Part shown: positions 43,922 to 53,561 of the stretch, one piece after another | How positions within the stretch are numbered: the stretch's first letter is position 1 | How the letters are laid out: every line of letters begins with the position of its first letter | IMG/VR virus record: IMGVR_UViG_3300009081_000011 | DNA: 64,000 nt | Reading direction: 5' to 3' (one strand) | Source of the DNA: an uncultured virus (IMG/VR IMGVR_UViG_3300009081_000011) | Taxonomy: Duplodnaviria; Heunggongvirae; Uroviricota; Caudoviricetes | The notes under the pieces: generated by a model | Databases searched by the model: none | Told to the model about the DNA's origin: nothing | The model's input: the letters and a program-made list of their open reading frames with translations, nothing else | Translations under genes and position numbers: made by a program

Positions 43922-45724
43922 TCACGCATCCGAAACTAAAGGCGCAGTCACGGTTGCCCCGGTGGTGTTGTCAATAGTACCCGAAATCGGCTGAGATTTG
44001 TAGGCCGGCGCCGTAGTTCCCCGGCGAACACGACCAACGAACGGCTGATCGATGCTCCAGGACCGCGTGTCGGAAACCTGCCCGCTCGAGTTGGTAATCG
44101 CGTCGATGATCACGAGCGCGGAAACGATGGTTCCGGTTGCCGGAGTAGCTGGGGTGCCGGTCACTGTGTACGTGTAGTTATCGGATCCTGTCACAGTGAT
44201 CGTGAAAACGCCGTTGTACTCCGACTGATCGGCACCTCGAATTCGCACTACGTTCCCGGTCGAGAAGCCGTGTCCCGTGTGCGTGACGGTCGCAGTCGAT
44301 CCAGAGCGTGCAATGGAGATCGAAGAGCCGCCGGTGAAGTTCGTGCCGGCAACCACCAGCACCTGCGCGCCTTGAATCGCGTTCGCCGTCGTCGAATCGA
44401 TAGCAGTGATCGTCAGCGTGACCGGATCGACGACAACCGTTACGGCCGCGCCGTCGGTTCTGTAACTGAAGTTGCCAGAACACCCAACGAGATTGATCGT
44501 GACGGTCCCGCTCGTTCGTTTGACATGCACCGTAGAGTCGTTTTGCCCGTTAGAAGCGTTGTACCCGCTGAACGTGACTCCTTGGAACGTGAGACTTGTC
44601 GGACTGCTCGTGCCGAGCTCGACCGCGTGCGTTGCCACGGTCCCTTTGGTGAAAGAACAATTGTCGAGTTTTCCGTCGACGTCGGTGTTCACGTTCCAAA
44701 CTACGGCGCTCGTGTCCGCGGTCCCTTCGTAGCCGCTTACCGACGTCGCGTTGAGCGTGGCCCCATCGGCCGTGATCTGCCCGCACTCTACGAACGATGA
44801 GCTAGTGACGGAACAACTGGCGTTCAACGTGACAACACGAAGCGCTCCGAACGCCATCCCGCTCGCGACGAAGACCCCACTAGATCCGGAAACAACCAGA
44901 TCTCCTTTTTTCGCTCCAACAGAGCGGACCACGCCGTTCGCCCAAGTGATCGAAGTCGAAGCGTGCTGCAGATCGACGTTGATCCCCATCCACGTGTCGC
45001 TGACGATCCCTTGTTGCGGAAAAATGACCACGAAATTCGAATCGCTAAACACGAGAGAACTCGAGCCGCCGAGCTCGATACGCGCTCGACACAAGTTCAC
45101 GCCGTTCGCCAGACGAAATACTCCGTACTGATTCGTCGTGTTCTGGTCCGAGGTGGACAGATCGCTCCAAAGTCCGCTCGTTCCCGTGAGCCTCAAAGCC
45201 GGACCTGTCACGTAGTCGGCCGCGTCGAGAATCAAGTTCGCCGCGTTTCCGCCGGGCGTGCCGGTGAACGAGCACTGCACGCCGTAGCAACGCACTTGAG
45301 ATTCGGTGAGCCCAGCTCCGGCCGTTGCGTCCGGAGTCCGGTTGACGTGCACCCAAACACGAACCCAACCTCCGAGGTTCGGATATTCGGTAAGCGGTAC
45401 GTTGTGCTGATCGTAGTTGGTCGAAGGCGTCGTTCCTGTGCTGAGTGAAACTGCGAGAGTTTGAAGGATCCCGTAGTGCGTCACCCAGATCCACATTCCG
45501 ACGTGCGTGCCGCTCGCCGAGCAGTCGTTGTCTGCCGCATCGACTAACGCGAAGCCGGCCGGAGTCGCCCCCGTCGTCGTCTGCCGCCTTCCGAGCGATT
45601 GACTGGCCTGAAGAAAAATATCTGTGTTGGCTGCCGCGCTGGCGCCTCCGGCTGGGATGTTGCCGGTTGTGAGCGACCCCTCAGCATCGTGGATGCGTGT
45701 CAGGAGGCTCGTAACAGTAGCCAC
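43922..45724 (-). CDS. large Thr/Ser/Gly-rich fibre or spike-like protein
   Basis: 600 aa, beta-helix-like middle; ATVTHTGHGFSTGNVVRIRGA..YNG small beta module. Confidence 0.6.
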   Translation of the reverse strand: MATVTSLLTRIHDAEGSLTTGNIPAGGASAAANTDIFLQASQSLGRRQTTTGATPAGFALVDAADNDCSASGTHVGMWIWVTHYGILQTLAVSLSTGTTPSTNYDQHNVPLTEYPNLGGWVRVWVHVNRTPDATAGAGLTESQVRCYGVQCSFTGTPGGNAANLILDAADYVTGPALRLTGTSGLWSDLSTSDQNTTNQYGVFRLANGVNLCRARIELGGSSSLVFSDSNFVVIFPQQGIVSDTWMGINVDLQHASTSITWANGVVRSVGAKKGDLVVSGSSGVFVASGMAFGALRVVTLNASCSVTSSSFVECGQITADGATLNATSVSGYEGTADTSAVVWNVNTDVDGKLDNCSFTKGTVATHAVELGTSSPTSLTFQGVTFSGYNASNGQNDSTVHVKRTSGTVTINLVGCSGNFSYRTDGAAVTVVVDPVTLTITAIDSTTANAIQGAQVLVVAGTNFTGGSSISIARSGSTATVTHTGHGFSTGNVVRIRGADQSEYNGVFTITVTGSDNYTYTVTGTPATPATGTIVSALVIIDAITNSSGQVSDTRSWSIDQPFVGRVRRGTTAPAYKSQPISGTIDNTTGATVTAPLVSDA

Positions 45725-45736
45725 ACTTCAAGGTCC

Positions 45737-48154
45737 TCACGCATCACTGATGCGTTGAACCGCCGCGGTGAATCCGGCCGTGCCAAATGTTGCCGTGCCA
45801 TGGCTTGGCTTGATCGGATTCACCCCGCCTCGTTTCAGCGTGATGGTTACCTGATTCGTGCTGACCTGAACAGCGGTGTATGCCTCGGGGACACCGGTTG
45901 TCGCCCACACCTTGTCGATCAGAGCCCGCATGACGTCGTTTCCAATCCCTGCAGCACTTGGAGCCGTAGGAGTAGCGCCACCGAGCGTGTAGGTGCTTCC
46001 AGACCAAGACACATACTGGAGCAGATCGAGCTCGCTATCCGAGTCGCGTTCAATACGCAAAAATCCAGCCGCGGGAGTGTTCGCGGGGATCGAAGTCACA
46101 ACGACAGTGGTAGACACGCCGGCAACGAGCGCCGTGGTGAGTGTCGCCTCATTGAAGTCTGGTTGCGCGAAGCCGTTGACGTCGAAGCTAGAACCATCCC
46201 ACGGGTAGACTGTCAGGTAATCCCCAGCGAATCCGCCAGTGACTTGCCCTTGCTGGTTGTTCGGCGGAGCTTGCTGCACACCGAGCAAGTTCGTGAGACG
46301 GTCGCCAGCGGTAGCGTCGCTCGGATCGAGCGCGATGCCGAAGTTGGTCTGAAAATCGGAACCCGTGAAGACGCCTACGTATTGGTTGTTGATGACGCGC
46401 GTCTCGGGTGTCCCGTTGACGTCGCATCTCGCCAAAGACGTAGCTCCGAATATCCTCTGGTTGTCGGCCGGTACGAGTCCGATCAAGGACTGCAAGTACA
46501 AGTTGCCTGCCGTACCCGTATCGTTGAGCGCCATGAGCAAGGCGCGTCCGAAGTTTGCGTTCGTGACGACAGTCCCGGTCGTGGCCGTCGCGCTACTAGA
46601 CTGGCCTGTAATCGTCTCCGTGTTGCTGAACGCCGTTGTTCCCGCGTCCTGTGCGACGATGATCGTTCCTGTCGTGCCTTGATCGTCGAGATAGATGATT
46701 CGGCCCCTGGCGCCGCTCGTTCCACCTAGCACGACCTCGCCGACAGTAAACGGTCCGCCCGACTCACCGGTGTACGGAAGCTGAGTGCCCCAAGCAACGA
46801 TCTCGTTTTCTTGAAACGGGCCGCCTGTCTCTCCGTCATAAGCAAAGTTCAACGTGACACCGGTGACGAGTTGCGCATTGCGCCCGAAGAGTGACTCGCT
46901 CGTGCCTTGACGTTGGATGTACTTCCACCTCTCGTAAGCCTGAGCTTTCGTCGCCGAGCCGAGATCGAAACTCATGGCGTATGGCGTCGCGCCGTTGCCG
47001 TTGTTGAAATCGATCGTTGCGTACCCGTCAGTCAGAATGATCGTGTTGTACGGCGCTCCCGCAACGGTCCCCGACGCTGTCTGGTTGTTCGTATCGACGC
47101 TCGTGAAGAGCGTGAGTGCGGTCGTTGCAGTGCCTAGCGTCGTCGAACCCTCGAAGTACGCAAACCCGTAACGGAGTAGCTTTCCTTTGACGCGCTTACC
47201 GTCTATGTCGACGCCGTCGGAGCGCGTCTTGATCATGATTCTGACTCGACCCGCGATCGAATCGGGGTTGTAGGAGTTCTCCCAGTAGTCCGTGATGATC
47301 GCGTCGTTCTGGATCAAGACGGGCGCGGTCTCCCCGTCCGGATCGACGATCTGAACGTTCCAACCGGAGTAAAGCGTGAGGCCGTTGCTTTGTGAAATCG
47401 AACCGCCGTACATGTGCTGCGCGACGGTGTCGTTGATAGACACGTTCAAGAGACGAACGATTTGATCCGTGTCCTTGACCGAAGCGTCAGGATCGTAAAC
47501 AGCGAGGAAGTCATCGCCTGCTGGAATGCGATCGTCGTTCAAATCGCTGTAGAGACGGTGCAAATGGAGCGGCGTGTAGGCGCGCTCGTGCACCAAACCG
47601 TTGAGCGTTCCGTTTCCGCCGAGGTTGCCCGTGAAGGTGTCGTTGTCGTCAGGGAACCTGAACGTGTCGATGAACGTGATCCATCGCACCGATAGCTCGC
47701 CAGCCGCGCCTGTGTCGCTCTCTACGGTGACGACTTCGCACTTCTGACCGTCCACGAACGTCAGAATCTCACCTGCGACGACGTTCGTGGTCTGTCCGTC
47801 AAAAAAGAAGCTGTGCGTCGCTCCTAGTGCCGGTCCCGACCACGTCGTTGCTCCGTTCTGCGCCACCGCCACATCCTTGCGGAAATACGCAGGGTAGAGC
47901 ATGAGCTCGGAGTTCCCGTTCGAAGCGGGGCCGTTCGTGTCCGCTGTCGTCGAACCCTGAGTGAGCTGTTGGTTATTTGTGGGGATGACGCCAGAAACGA
48001 GTGCGCACTGGAGCTTGCCGACGGTCCCGTTGTCGATAACGGTCACGATGAAGCCGGTACCACCCGACCAAGTCAGTAGGGCGCCTTCTTCCGCAAATGG
48101 ACCGCTTGCCTCGTTGTCGTACTCGACCACAAAATACTGAGTTGTTCCGGCCAT
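45737..48154 (-). CDS. large beta-rich virion protein with internal repeats
   Basis: 805 aa; recurring YDxExGGPF..E and DxGxxGxL modules. Confidence 0.6.
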   Translation of the reverse strand: MAGTTQYFVVEYDNEASGPFAEEGALLTWSGGTGFIVTVIDNGTVGKLQCALVSGVIPTNNQQLTQGSTTADTNGPASNGNSELMLYPAYFRKDVAVAQNGATTWSGPALGATHSFFFDGQTTNVVAGEILTFVDGQKCEVVTVESDTGAAGELSVRWITFIDTFRFPDDNDTFTGNLGGNGTLNGLVHERAYTPLHLHRLYSDLNDDRIPAGDDFLAVYDPDASVKDTDQIVRLLNVSINDTVAQHMYGGSISQSNGLTLYSGWNVQIVDPDGETAPVLIQNDAIITDYWENSYNPDSIAGRVRIMIKTRSDGVDIDGKRVKGKLLRYGFAYFEGSTTLGTATTALTLFTSVDTNNQTASGTVAGAPYNTIILTDGYATIDFNNGNGATPYAMSFDLGSATKAQAYERWKYIQRQGTSESLFGRNAQLVTGVTLNFAYDGETGGPFQENEIVAWGTQLPYTGESGGPFTVGEVVLGGTSGARGRIIYLDDQGTTGTIIVAQDAGTTAFSNTETITGQSSSATATTGTVVTNANFGRALLMALNDTGTAGNLYLQSLIGLVPADNQRIFGATSLARCDVNGTPETRVINNQYVGVFTGSDFQTNFGIALDPSDATAGDRLTNLLGVQQAPPNNQQGQVTGGFAGDYLTVYPWDGSSFDVNGFAQPDFNEATLTTALVAGVSTTVVVTSIPANTPAAGFLRIERDSDSELDLLQYVSWSGSTYTLGGATPTAPSAAGIGNDVMRALIDKVWATTGVPEAYTAVQVSTNQVTITLKRGGVNPIKPSHGTATFGTAGFTAAVQRISDA

Positions 48155-48456
48155 TTTTCTACATCGTACCTGTGACCGAAGAGGCGAGGCAAGGCCCAGC
48201 CGAAACTACCTGGAAAGACTCTGACTTCGCATCCCTAGCCCGCTCGTTTCGAAGCATGATGATGTCGAGCTCGACGTCGGGATAGAGCTCGTTGATGCTC
48301 ATGCCCTTGTGCGGGCGAACGCGGAGCCAGCAAGGAAGCACGACGAGGACGGTCATCTTCGTTTTCGTTCGGTGCCTGCTTCGTGCCCCACGTAGTACCC
48401 GCTGCCGAACGCAATGCAGTACGCCAAGGTCAGCAGAAAAACGACCGACAACATCG

Positions 48457-49062
48457 CTACCCGCCCCCGCTCGGAAGCAGGAGCTTCCGGTATACCGCCG
48501 CGTACGTCATCCCTCGGTGCGAGTGCATCGGAAGCACGATAGATTTGCAGTCGTTCGACGGCAGGTGGTATTCAGCCGCGAGCCGCGCCCCCATCCACCA
48601 CGAGTCACCGGCGAACGTGATCGGGCATCGGCTCGCGTGGTACATCAGGATCTTGGCTCCTGCGAACGCGCACCTGTACGTCGCTTCCGCATCGAGCCCA
48701 GGGAGGCTCTGCCACTCGTCTTCCGTGATCTGATAGTCCGGGTTTCGAATCGCTCCCTGGAGCGTCACCCGGTGGTTGATTTGCGTGAGACAGAGCTCGC
48801 CACCGGGGCCCTTCTTCTCCCCCGCATGGACGCCGCGCTCGAGGCCGCTCTCCCACTGCTCGACCATCGTGAGCGCCGCGAGACAGCCGGCGAATGTCCA
48901 ACCGCGAGCGAGCTTGACATCACGGCAGGCGCGGACGTCCGCGTCGGCGATTCGAGCGATTCGACCTTTGCGCTCGTCGCCGGTCTCACCCCAGTAGCGC
49001 TCGTGCACGCGGGTCGTGTGGTACTTCAAGAGCAAGGCAGCAAGAGCGGTTACTACGTCCAT
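48457..49062 (-). CDS. lysozyme/transglycosylase-like protein
   Basis: WESGL followed by ELCLTQI. Confidence 0.4.
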   Translation of the reverse strand: MDVVTALAALLLKYHTTRVHERYWGETGDERKGRIARIADADVRACRDVKLARGWTFAGCLAALTMVEQWESGLERGVHAGEKKGPGGELCLTQINHRVTLQGAIRNPDYQITEDEWQSLPGLDAEATYRCAFAGAKILMYHASRCPITFAGDSWWMGARLAAEYHLPSNDCKSIVLPMHSHRGMTYAAVYRKLLLPSGGG

Positions 49063-49074
49063 GGTCTCACTCTA

Positions 49075-49269
49075 TCACGGGATGTCGCTTCCCTGCCGAA
49101 GCGCGTCCTCGAGCTCTTTCATCCTAGGCGGCGACTTTCGTAAAGCTCTGACAGCAGAGTCGGCCGTTCTAGCAGCAATGTCGTAGCCGATAGAGTACAT
49201 ACTCTCGCTGTTCGCTTGGTACGTCGCTGCGAAGACGGCGATCCACACGTGGGCTTCGGCCGGCGTCAT
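49075..49269 (-). CDS. hypothetical protein
   Basis: coupled small ORF. Confidence 0.45.
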   Translation of the reverse strand: MTPAEAHVWIAVFAATYQANSESMYSIGYDIAARTADSAVRALRKSPPRMKELEDALRQGSDIP

Positions 49270-49439
49270 CGAATCATCTCCTGTTCGTGCTTTCGAACAA
49301 ACTTGCCGCACCTTTTAGAAGACTGGCAAGCGTAACATTTTCCCGATCCGGCATGATGCGCCTCCGACGAGTGGCCGCAGTTCGCGCAATTGTCGTCGAT
49401 GAAACACTGTTCTTTCGTTTCATTGTTGTTGCTGCTCAT
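49266..49439 (-). CDS. small Cys/His-rich protein
   Basis: CANCGH..HH..CYAC..C. Confidence 0.5.
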   Translation of the reverse strand: MSSNNNETKEQCFIDDNCANCGHSSEAHHAGSGKCYACQSSKRCGKFVRKHEQEMIR

Positions 49440-49591
49440 GGAAGTTCTCCAGTGATGACCTTCGCCACGTACTCGGTCCACGACGTGCCCGGCGGCAGCT
49501 TGCGCAGTTCGTTGAGCGCGGCCGTGTACGCGCACCCGCGAAACTCCGCGAGCTGACGGACGAGGCGTTTCTGATTTTTGTTTTGTGTCAT
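49436..49591 (-). CDS. 51-aa protein (below the ORF-track cutoff)
   Basis: MTQNKNQKRLVRQLAEFRGCAYTAAL..; ATGA overlaps on both sides. Confidence 0.5.
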   Translation of the reverse strand: MTQNKNQKRLVRQLAEFRGCAYTAALNELRKLPPGTSWTEYVAKVITGELP

Positions 49592-49893
49592 GGGCGCACT
49601 CTACGCATCGCACTTGGGCGAGTGACTAGCTCTAGGCGGTCGAGGGTTGCGACAAGCGAGGGCGCGTCCTTCGAGAAGCCGACGGCCCACAAGGGGCGCT
49701 TAGCGCGCTTGTCCGCCCACGCATCCGCGACGTCGCACGCGAGCTCCGACGCCTGAAGATCCATCACCTCGACCTCGTCTTCGAAGCGTGCCGCGAGCAT
49801 CGCCGCGCGTGTTTCGTCGGCTCGAGGGTCACCGTCGAATGGTCGTTTTTTGGCTCTTCTCAACCTACCGGCGAGTTTAGCGCTCGTTTTCAT
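49588..49893 (-). CDS. hypothetical protein
   Basis: coupled 101-aa ORF. Confidence 0.5.
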   Translation of the reverse strand: MKTSAKLAGRLRRAKKRPFDGDPRADETRAAMLAARFEDEVEVMDLQASELACDVADAWADKRAKRPLWAVGFSKDAPSLVATLDRLELVTRPSAMRRVRP

Positions 49894-50075
49894 CGCTTCT
49901 TCTTTTCTGCCTCGAGCTGCTCGACGCCTCGGAACACGGCGAGCCGAAGTATGTCTGCGCGTGTGAGTTGCAGGCCCGGCTCGCTCATGCGCTCGACGAG
50001 CTTATCGATTCGACCGAGCAACGAATCTGAAAGTCGGATGCCGGTCTGGATTTGTGCTTCTTGCTTTTCACTCAT
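49890..50075 (-). CDS. ribbon-helix-helix protein
   Basis: QTGIRLSDSLLGRIDKL..TRADILR. Confidence 0.7.
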   Translation of the reverse strand: MSEKQEAQIQTGIRLSDSLLGRIDKLVERMSEPGLQLTRADILRLAVFRGVEQLEAEKKKR

Positions 50076-50353
50076 CTTGGTTTCCTTTCAAGAGTCTTCA
50101 TCGCCGCTCTGGCGTACATCCTGGCGGCTTTGAACCGCTCTCTCGCCGGGCTCTGAGGCCGAACCGATTCGATGGTTCTCCCGGAGAGCTGTCGGTCAGC
50201 GGCCTCGAGCGCTGTCGTCTTCTCGGCGTCGGAGCCGAACAAGAGAGTATGCTTGGTCTCTGTGTTCAAGCGATTGAGACAGCGACGGCAGAAGTGCTGC
50301 CGAATCGGAATCGCTTGTCCGCAACCGACGGCGCGACATACCTTGTACGTCAC
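50072..50353 (-). CDS. zinc-binding protein
   Basis: CRAVGC..FCRRC. Confidence 0.5.
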   Translation of the reverse strand: MTYKVCRAVGCGQAIPIRQHFCRRCLNRLNTETKHTLLFGSDAEKTTALEAADRQLSGRTIESVRPQSPARERFKAARMYARAAMKTLERKPR

Positions 50354-50532
50354 GTCGACGCGCCTCGGGCTTGTGAGAGAAGTCGCTTGGCCCTACGCAC
50401 ACTGATAATCTCGTCGCCCTTGTCCGTGTTGACGAGCGTCGCGACACCGTCGGACCAGATGCAAACCTGATCACCGTTCGAGAGGAACATCGAATCGACG
50501 AGTTTCGGTTCTTCTTTTTTCGCGGCGCTCAT
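50350..50532 (-). CDS. hypothetical protein
   Basis: coupled 60-aa ORF. Confidence 0.45.
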   Translation of the reverse strand: MSAAKKEEPKLVDSMFLSNGDQVCIWSDGVATLVNTDKGDEIISVRRAKRLLSQARGAST

Positions 50533-50765
50533 CGACTTGCTCCAAAAATGAAGACAACGGTTTTGCGGAGTTGTTCGAGCGCGGCTCGCGTCTCGTCACA
50601 CGTGTCGGGGTCGAGGGATCCTGCCATTCCTTTCGCCTCGTCGATTGCGTCGAAGATCCCTTGAACCAGTTCTTCGATGTCGATGAATCGAAGCCGTTTT
50701 GCGATCTCTTCGACGTCGAACTTCGGCGGGGACGGCTCAACCTTGGGCTTGCTCTTCTTTGCCAT
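50529..50765 (-). CDS. hypothetical protein
   Basis: RBS GGAG before MAKKSK. Confidence 0.5.
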   Translation of the reverse strand: MAKKSKPKVEPSPPKFDVEEIAKRLRFIDIEELVQGIFDAIDEAKGMAGSLDPDTCDETRAALEQLRKTVVFIFGASR

Positions 50766-51171
50766 CGGATTCTCCTTCGAAAGAAATGGTCTGCGCCGCC
50801 TGCGCGTACGCATCTTGGACCGTCCCTCCCTGAAAAAACGCCTTCACCTCTCCGGTCTCTCGCATGACGATCTCGAACTTCCCGGACGAGTCGAAGCGCG
50901 TGATGAAGTGCCGCTCGGGATGTCCTTGCAGCCAACCGGTGAAGATGTCGAAGATCCGCTGCGCCGCGCTCCCTCGCGTGCTCTCCATCTGCTCGGCCGC
51001 GCTCGGGACCGCTGCGATCGTGATCGCCTTTCTCTGGAGCTTGAGCACTAGCCGCGCGGCGAGGTCTACAAATTCCTCTTCCGGGTTCGCTCTGAGATGC
51101 GTCTCGTCGAGGTTTCGAATCACGTCTTGGAGCTCGGTCGCGAGCTCGCGGATCAGAGTGTCGGGACTCAT
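50737..51171 (-). CDS. hypothetical protein
   Basis: ATGA coupling at 51171. Confidence 0.55.
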   Translation of the reverse strand: MSPDTLIRELATELQDVIRNLDETHLRANPEEEFVDLAARLVLKLQRKAITIAAVPSAAEQMESTRGSAAQRIFDIFTGWLQGHPERHFITRFDSSGKFEIVMRETGEVKAFFQGGTVQDAYAQAAQTISFEGESDGKEEQAQG

Positions 51172-51389
51172 TTGTCTTTCCAATTCCTTTGGTATTCGAG
51201 CCAATCTGCTTCGGTTCGAAAGAGCTTGTACGTCCGCGCGCCGAACTTCATGCCGGGCCGCGTGTCCTGCCCGACGCACAACGTTTTGAACCACGGACCA
51301 CCGAAGAAGTCGCGTGCACCTTGCGCCGACATGGCCGTCACGAGCAAGTACGGGAACCGTTCGAATTCGATCTTCGGTGCGGCCATCAC
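51168..51389 (-). CDS. hypothetical protein
   Basis: coupled 73-aa ORF. Confidence 0.5.
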   Translation of the reverse strand: MMAAPKIEFERFPYLLVTAMSAQGARDFFGGPWFKTLCVGQDTRPGMKFGARTYKLFRTEADWLEYQRNWKDK

Positions 51390-51592
51390 GCCACCTCGAA
51401 CCCGATACCGCGAAGCCGCCGCGGAATGTCGTTGATCGCCTCTTTGTAAGCTACCGCCTCGTCCTTCGTATCAGCGTAAGCGAGGATCGCGCCGTTGCTC
51501 GGGTGCACTAGAGCCCAGTAGATCTCACCTGTTTTTGCGTCTTGTACGCCACACTGCTTAACGTATGCGTCTTCGATCATAGATTTCAACAT
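51386..51592 (-). CDS. hypothetical protein
   Basis: RBS AAGGA before MLKSMIED. Confidence 0.5.
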   Translation of the reverse strand: MLKSMIEDAYVKQCGVQDAKTGEIYWALVHPSNGAILAYADTKDEAVAYKEAINDIPRRLRGIGFEVA

Positions 51593-51603
51593 CAACGTTC
51601 CTT

Positions 51604-51801
51604 TCAATCGTGTCCAACCAAGTGCCAACGGAAGGCGCTTCCGTGCTCGAACTCCTCGCCGCAGATCGGACAAGGGATCGCGAAGGGCTTCTCCTCGATA
51701 CGTCGAAGATGTGCGCGAACCGCCGGAGGCAGTCTTTGCTCTTGCCGGCGACGGCGGATCTCCCATGCGAGAAAACGGAAGGTGCGGATGATGATGTTCA
51801 T
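51604..51801 (-). CDS. C2H2 zinc-finger protein
   Basis: CPICGEEF....FRWHLVGH. Confidence 0.55.
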   Translation of the reverse strand: MNIIIRTFRFLAWEIRRRRQEQRLPPAVRAHLRRIEEKPFAIPCPICGEEFEHGSAFRWHLVGHD

Positions 51802-51807
51802 GGTTTT

Positions 51808-52011
51808 CTACCTCACGTTCCACCAAGTAGACCCGGGCTCACTGAAAGCGGGCTTCTTGTGCGGCCCCTCGTGCCCTTCTTCCAACACGCAACGGTGATC
51901 CCAAACAGGTTGAAGCGCTGGGCAACGGTCCCTCCCGAACGTCTCGCCGTAGAGCCTGAGCGCATAGCCCAGAACCAACCCGACGCCGCTTGCGACTGCT
52001 AATGTGATCAT
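51808..52011 (-). CDS. small TM protein with C..GHxGxH motif
   Basis: RCVLEEGHEGPH. Confidence 0.45.
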   Translation of the reverse strand: MITLAVASGVGLVLGYALRLYGETFGRDRCPALQPVWDHRCVLEEGHEGPHKKPAFSEPGSTWWNVR

Positions 52012-52421
52012 CCGTACCGAATCTCCCCGAGAAGCGCGAGCTGCACGACGACGTCTTCGCGCGTCGAGTCCGTCTCCTCGTACCAGTCGACGCCCCAGCG
52101 CTTGACACCTTCTTCCCAAGCGCGAATCGCGGCGGCGCGATCGAGACGGAACCAGTGCTCGGGGAGCGGATTACCGAGCTTCCACTCGTAGATCGCCATT
52201 TCGCGATTCGGCTCTTCGCCGTGACGACACTTTTCGTCGTCTTCCCAGCAGAGCCAACCCTTGCCGTCATCGGCGTCGTCGTGCTCGACGCCTCGAAGCC
52301 AATAACCGGCGTAGCTCCCGCCGAAAATGTCGTTGTGCTGCGTGAGGTAGTCGACCCAGTTTTTGTCGATCTCGACGGTTAGCTGGAAGGTGTGTTTCAA
52401 GGGCGCTGGAATTTCGGCCAT
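52008..52421 (-). CDS. acidic hypothetical protein, first gene of the leftward operon
   Basis: YAGYW; DVVVQLALLGEIRYG. Confidence 0.6.
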   Translation of the reverse strand: MAEIPAPLKHTFQLTVEIDKNWVDYLTQHNDIFGGSYAGYWLRGVEHDDADDGKGWLCWEDDEKCRHGEEPNREMAIYEWKLGNPLPEHWFRLDRAAAIRAWEEGVKRWGVDWYEETDSTREDVVVQLALLGEIRYG

Positions 52422-52443
52422 GTGGGGATTGACGAAGTGTACC

Positions 52444-52490
52444 CGTTTGGTATTCAATGTCTACCAAACGACCCCATTGAATATTGACAA
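52444..52490. promoter_or_regulatory. divergent control region with two interlocked inverted repeats
   Basis: CGTTTGGTA/TACCAAACG and TATTCAATG/CATTGAATA; TTGACA at 52484; AT-rich island. Confidence 0.55.
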
Positions 52491-52511
52491 CCCCCACCCC
52501 GTCTCACCGGT

Positions 52512-53069
52512 ATGGCCCGAGAAACCGCCCCTTTTACAGCCCTGCTGGCCCTCGCCCTGATCGCCGCGTACGGCCTCGAGCTCGCCCTGGGCGGCATGCC
52601 CATCTGTGAAGCCTACGGCCTCGTGCCAGCCCGCCCGAGCCTGGAATCGGCCCTCTCGGCCATGTTCCTCCACGACCCCGAGGGGGTTTTTCACGTAGGC
52701 GGAAACGTCGTTTTCCTGGTCGTTTTTGGGGGCATCGTAGAGAGGGCGCTCGGGAGCTTCCGGTTCCTAGGCCTCTACCTGGCCGCTGGCCTCGCTGGCG
52801 CGGCTTTCCACTGCCTCGTCGCCCCGAGCTCGACGGACCCCTTGGTGGGCGCCTCGGGGGCCCTCTTCGGCCTCTTGGCGGTCGCCGCCGTCATCCGCCC
52901 GCGCCTCGCCGGGTTCGCGGTCGCGTTCGTCGGGCTCAACATCTGGTACGCCTTCATGGGCGGCGCGGGCGACGTCTCGTTCGGCTGCCACATCGGTGGC
53001 TTCTTCGCCGGCTTCGTGGTCGTCGCGTACATGTGGGCGACGCGCAGCGAAGCGCTCGAGGTCGCATGA
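52512..53069 (+). CDS. rhomboid intramembrane serine protease
   Basis: MFLH..HVGGN, ERALG, VGASG (Ser), HIGG (His). Confidence 0.9.
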   Translation: MARETAPFTALLALALIAAYGLELALGGMPICEAYGLVPARPSLESALSAMFLHDPEGVFHVGGNVVFLVVFGGIVERALGSFRFLGLYLAAGLAGAAFHCLVAPSSTDPLVGASGALFGLLAVAAVIRPRLAGFAVAFVGLNIWYAFMGGAGDVSFGCHIGGFFAGFVVVAYMWATRSEALEVA

Positions 53070-53302
53070 CTGAACCTACCTTTCGATACTGGTGGACGAA
53101 AGAGGAATGGTCGCACGACAAATCGACAGGCGCGTATGCGCGGATCATCTCGTCAAAAAGCGACTGGCAGTGGGCTGTCGGACACAAAAACACCGGAGCT
53201 ATTCAAAGAGGTACGAGCACAACCCAAAAAGGCGCTCGGGCAGCGTGTCGCCGGGCAGTCAAAAAAATTTTCTCTAATCCTCGCGCGACCCCTCGTTCTT
53301 GA
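53066..53302 (+). CDS. hypothetical protein
   Basis: ATGA-coupled to the rhomboid gene. Confidence 0.5.
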   Translation: MTEPTFRYWWTKEEWSHDKSTGAYARIISSKSDWQWAVGHKNTGAIQRGTSTTQKGARAACRRAVKKIFSNPRATPRS

Positions 53303-53561
53303 GCCACGGCGCCGTCGTCTCGATCTCGAACGGCGACGAGCGCTGCGAGAGGTATGTCACCTTCGCCGCCTTCGGTCGCCCCATCTTCTTCGGCGCCATC
53401 ATCGCCTCGAGCGCCAGCGACGACCGGAGCCCCTCGCACACCTGCCTGAGCTTCACGAGCTTCGCCCCGCCGCGAACGTTCTCGAGCTCGTCGAGGAGCA
53501 CCATGGCTTCGGCGCTCGAGAGGTCGATGTGGATGTAGCCGGTGGAGCGGTGGACTTTCAT
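53274..53561 (-). CDS. hypothetical protein
   Basis: MKVHRSTG start, host-like codon use. Confidence 0.45.
   Translation of the reverse strand: MKVHRSTGYIHIDLSSAEAMVLLDELENVRGGAKLVKLRQVCEGLRSSLALEAMMAPKKMGRPKAAKVTYLSQRSSPFEIETTAPWLKNEGSRED

Noticed and set aside
48159..48356. 65-aa minus-strand ORF upstream of the 805-aa gene
   Set aside because: Fits the gap but has no motif or clear RBS; not supported enough to list as a feature
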